Of a stretch of 62,069 nt of DNA, positions 61,941 through 62,069 are shown piece after piece. Origin of the DNA: Acidobacteriota bacterium (lineage in GTDB: Bacteria; Patescibacteriota; Saccharimonadia; Saccharimonadales; Saccharimonadaceae); the NCBI GenBank assembly GCA_050258515.1, contig JBLMYW010000027.1, positions 1 to 62,069 on the forward strand. Direction: 5' to 3'. The position numbers and the translations under genes were made by a program. Numbering within the stretch: the first letter of the stretch is position 1; each line of letters begins with the position of its first letter. Below the pieces are notes generated by a model that was not told where the DNA came from, did not search any database, and saw nothing but the letters and a program-made list of their open reading frames with translations.

Positions 61941-62069
61941 TCTCATGCTCCGCGACTACTGCATCATCGAAAGCTGGCGCCCCACTGACGCCGTACTCGG
62001 GTAGTTCGTCATCAAATAAATTACAACGCCCTACTTGACCACCCGAAACTCTTCAAAGAAGAAATCGTC

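Noticed and set aside
62031-62069. 3' end of a minus-strand gene at the window edge
   Set aside because: Only about 12 codons are visible, too little to call

Overview
Bacterial chromosomal segment. The gene content and style (compact genes, -10 boxes directly before start codons, many lineage-type hypotheticals) suggest a Saccharibacteria/Patescibacteria (CPR) genome; this is inference, as no rRNA is present. The core backbone includes yebC, comEC, a CIRCE/HrcA heat-shock regulon (hrcA-grpE-dnaK, dnaJ), lepA-murJ-ftsH-tilS, dinB, a murC-like ligase, amtB-glnA, tatA-tatC and four tRNAs (Lys-TTT and three CAT-anticodon tRNAs). The main accessory feature is an ~8.6 kb, visibly AT-richer island (43911-52555) integrated at the 3' end of the initiator tRNA-Met by a large serine recombinase, with a 12-bp direct repeat TTTCTTGGTTGC. 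The island carries an HNH-like nuclease and a Panacea-type antitoxin/toxin pair. It also carries a retron whose reverse transcriptase is fused to an intact trypsin-like protease, preceded by a recognisable a1/a2-bounded ncRNA. A convergent RxxxxH (HEPN-like) gene, a second highly structured RNA and an FtsK-gamma protein follow. The att site lies inside the recombinase gene, so excision would swap its C-terminus in frame. Other notable loci are a cluster of three ATP-grasp ligases with two peptidases, a Tat locus flanked by two tiny YGAxxY peptides, a collagen-like gene broken by one amber codon next to a DUF4082/LamG/DMFase-like protein, and an Lpd-like flavoprotein lacking its redox cysteines.
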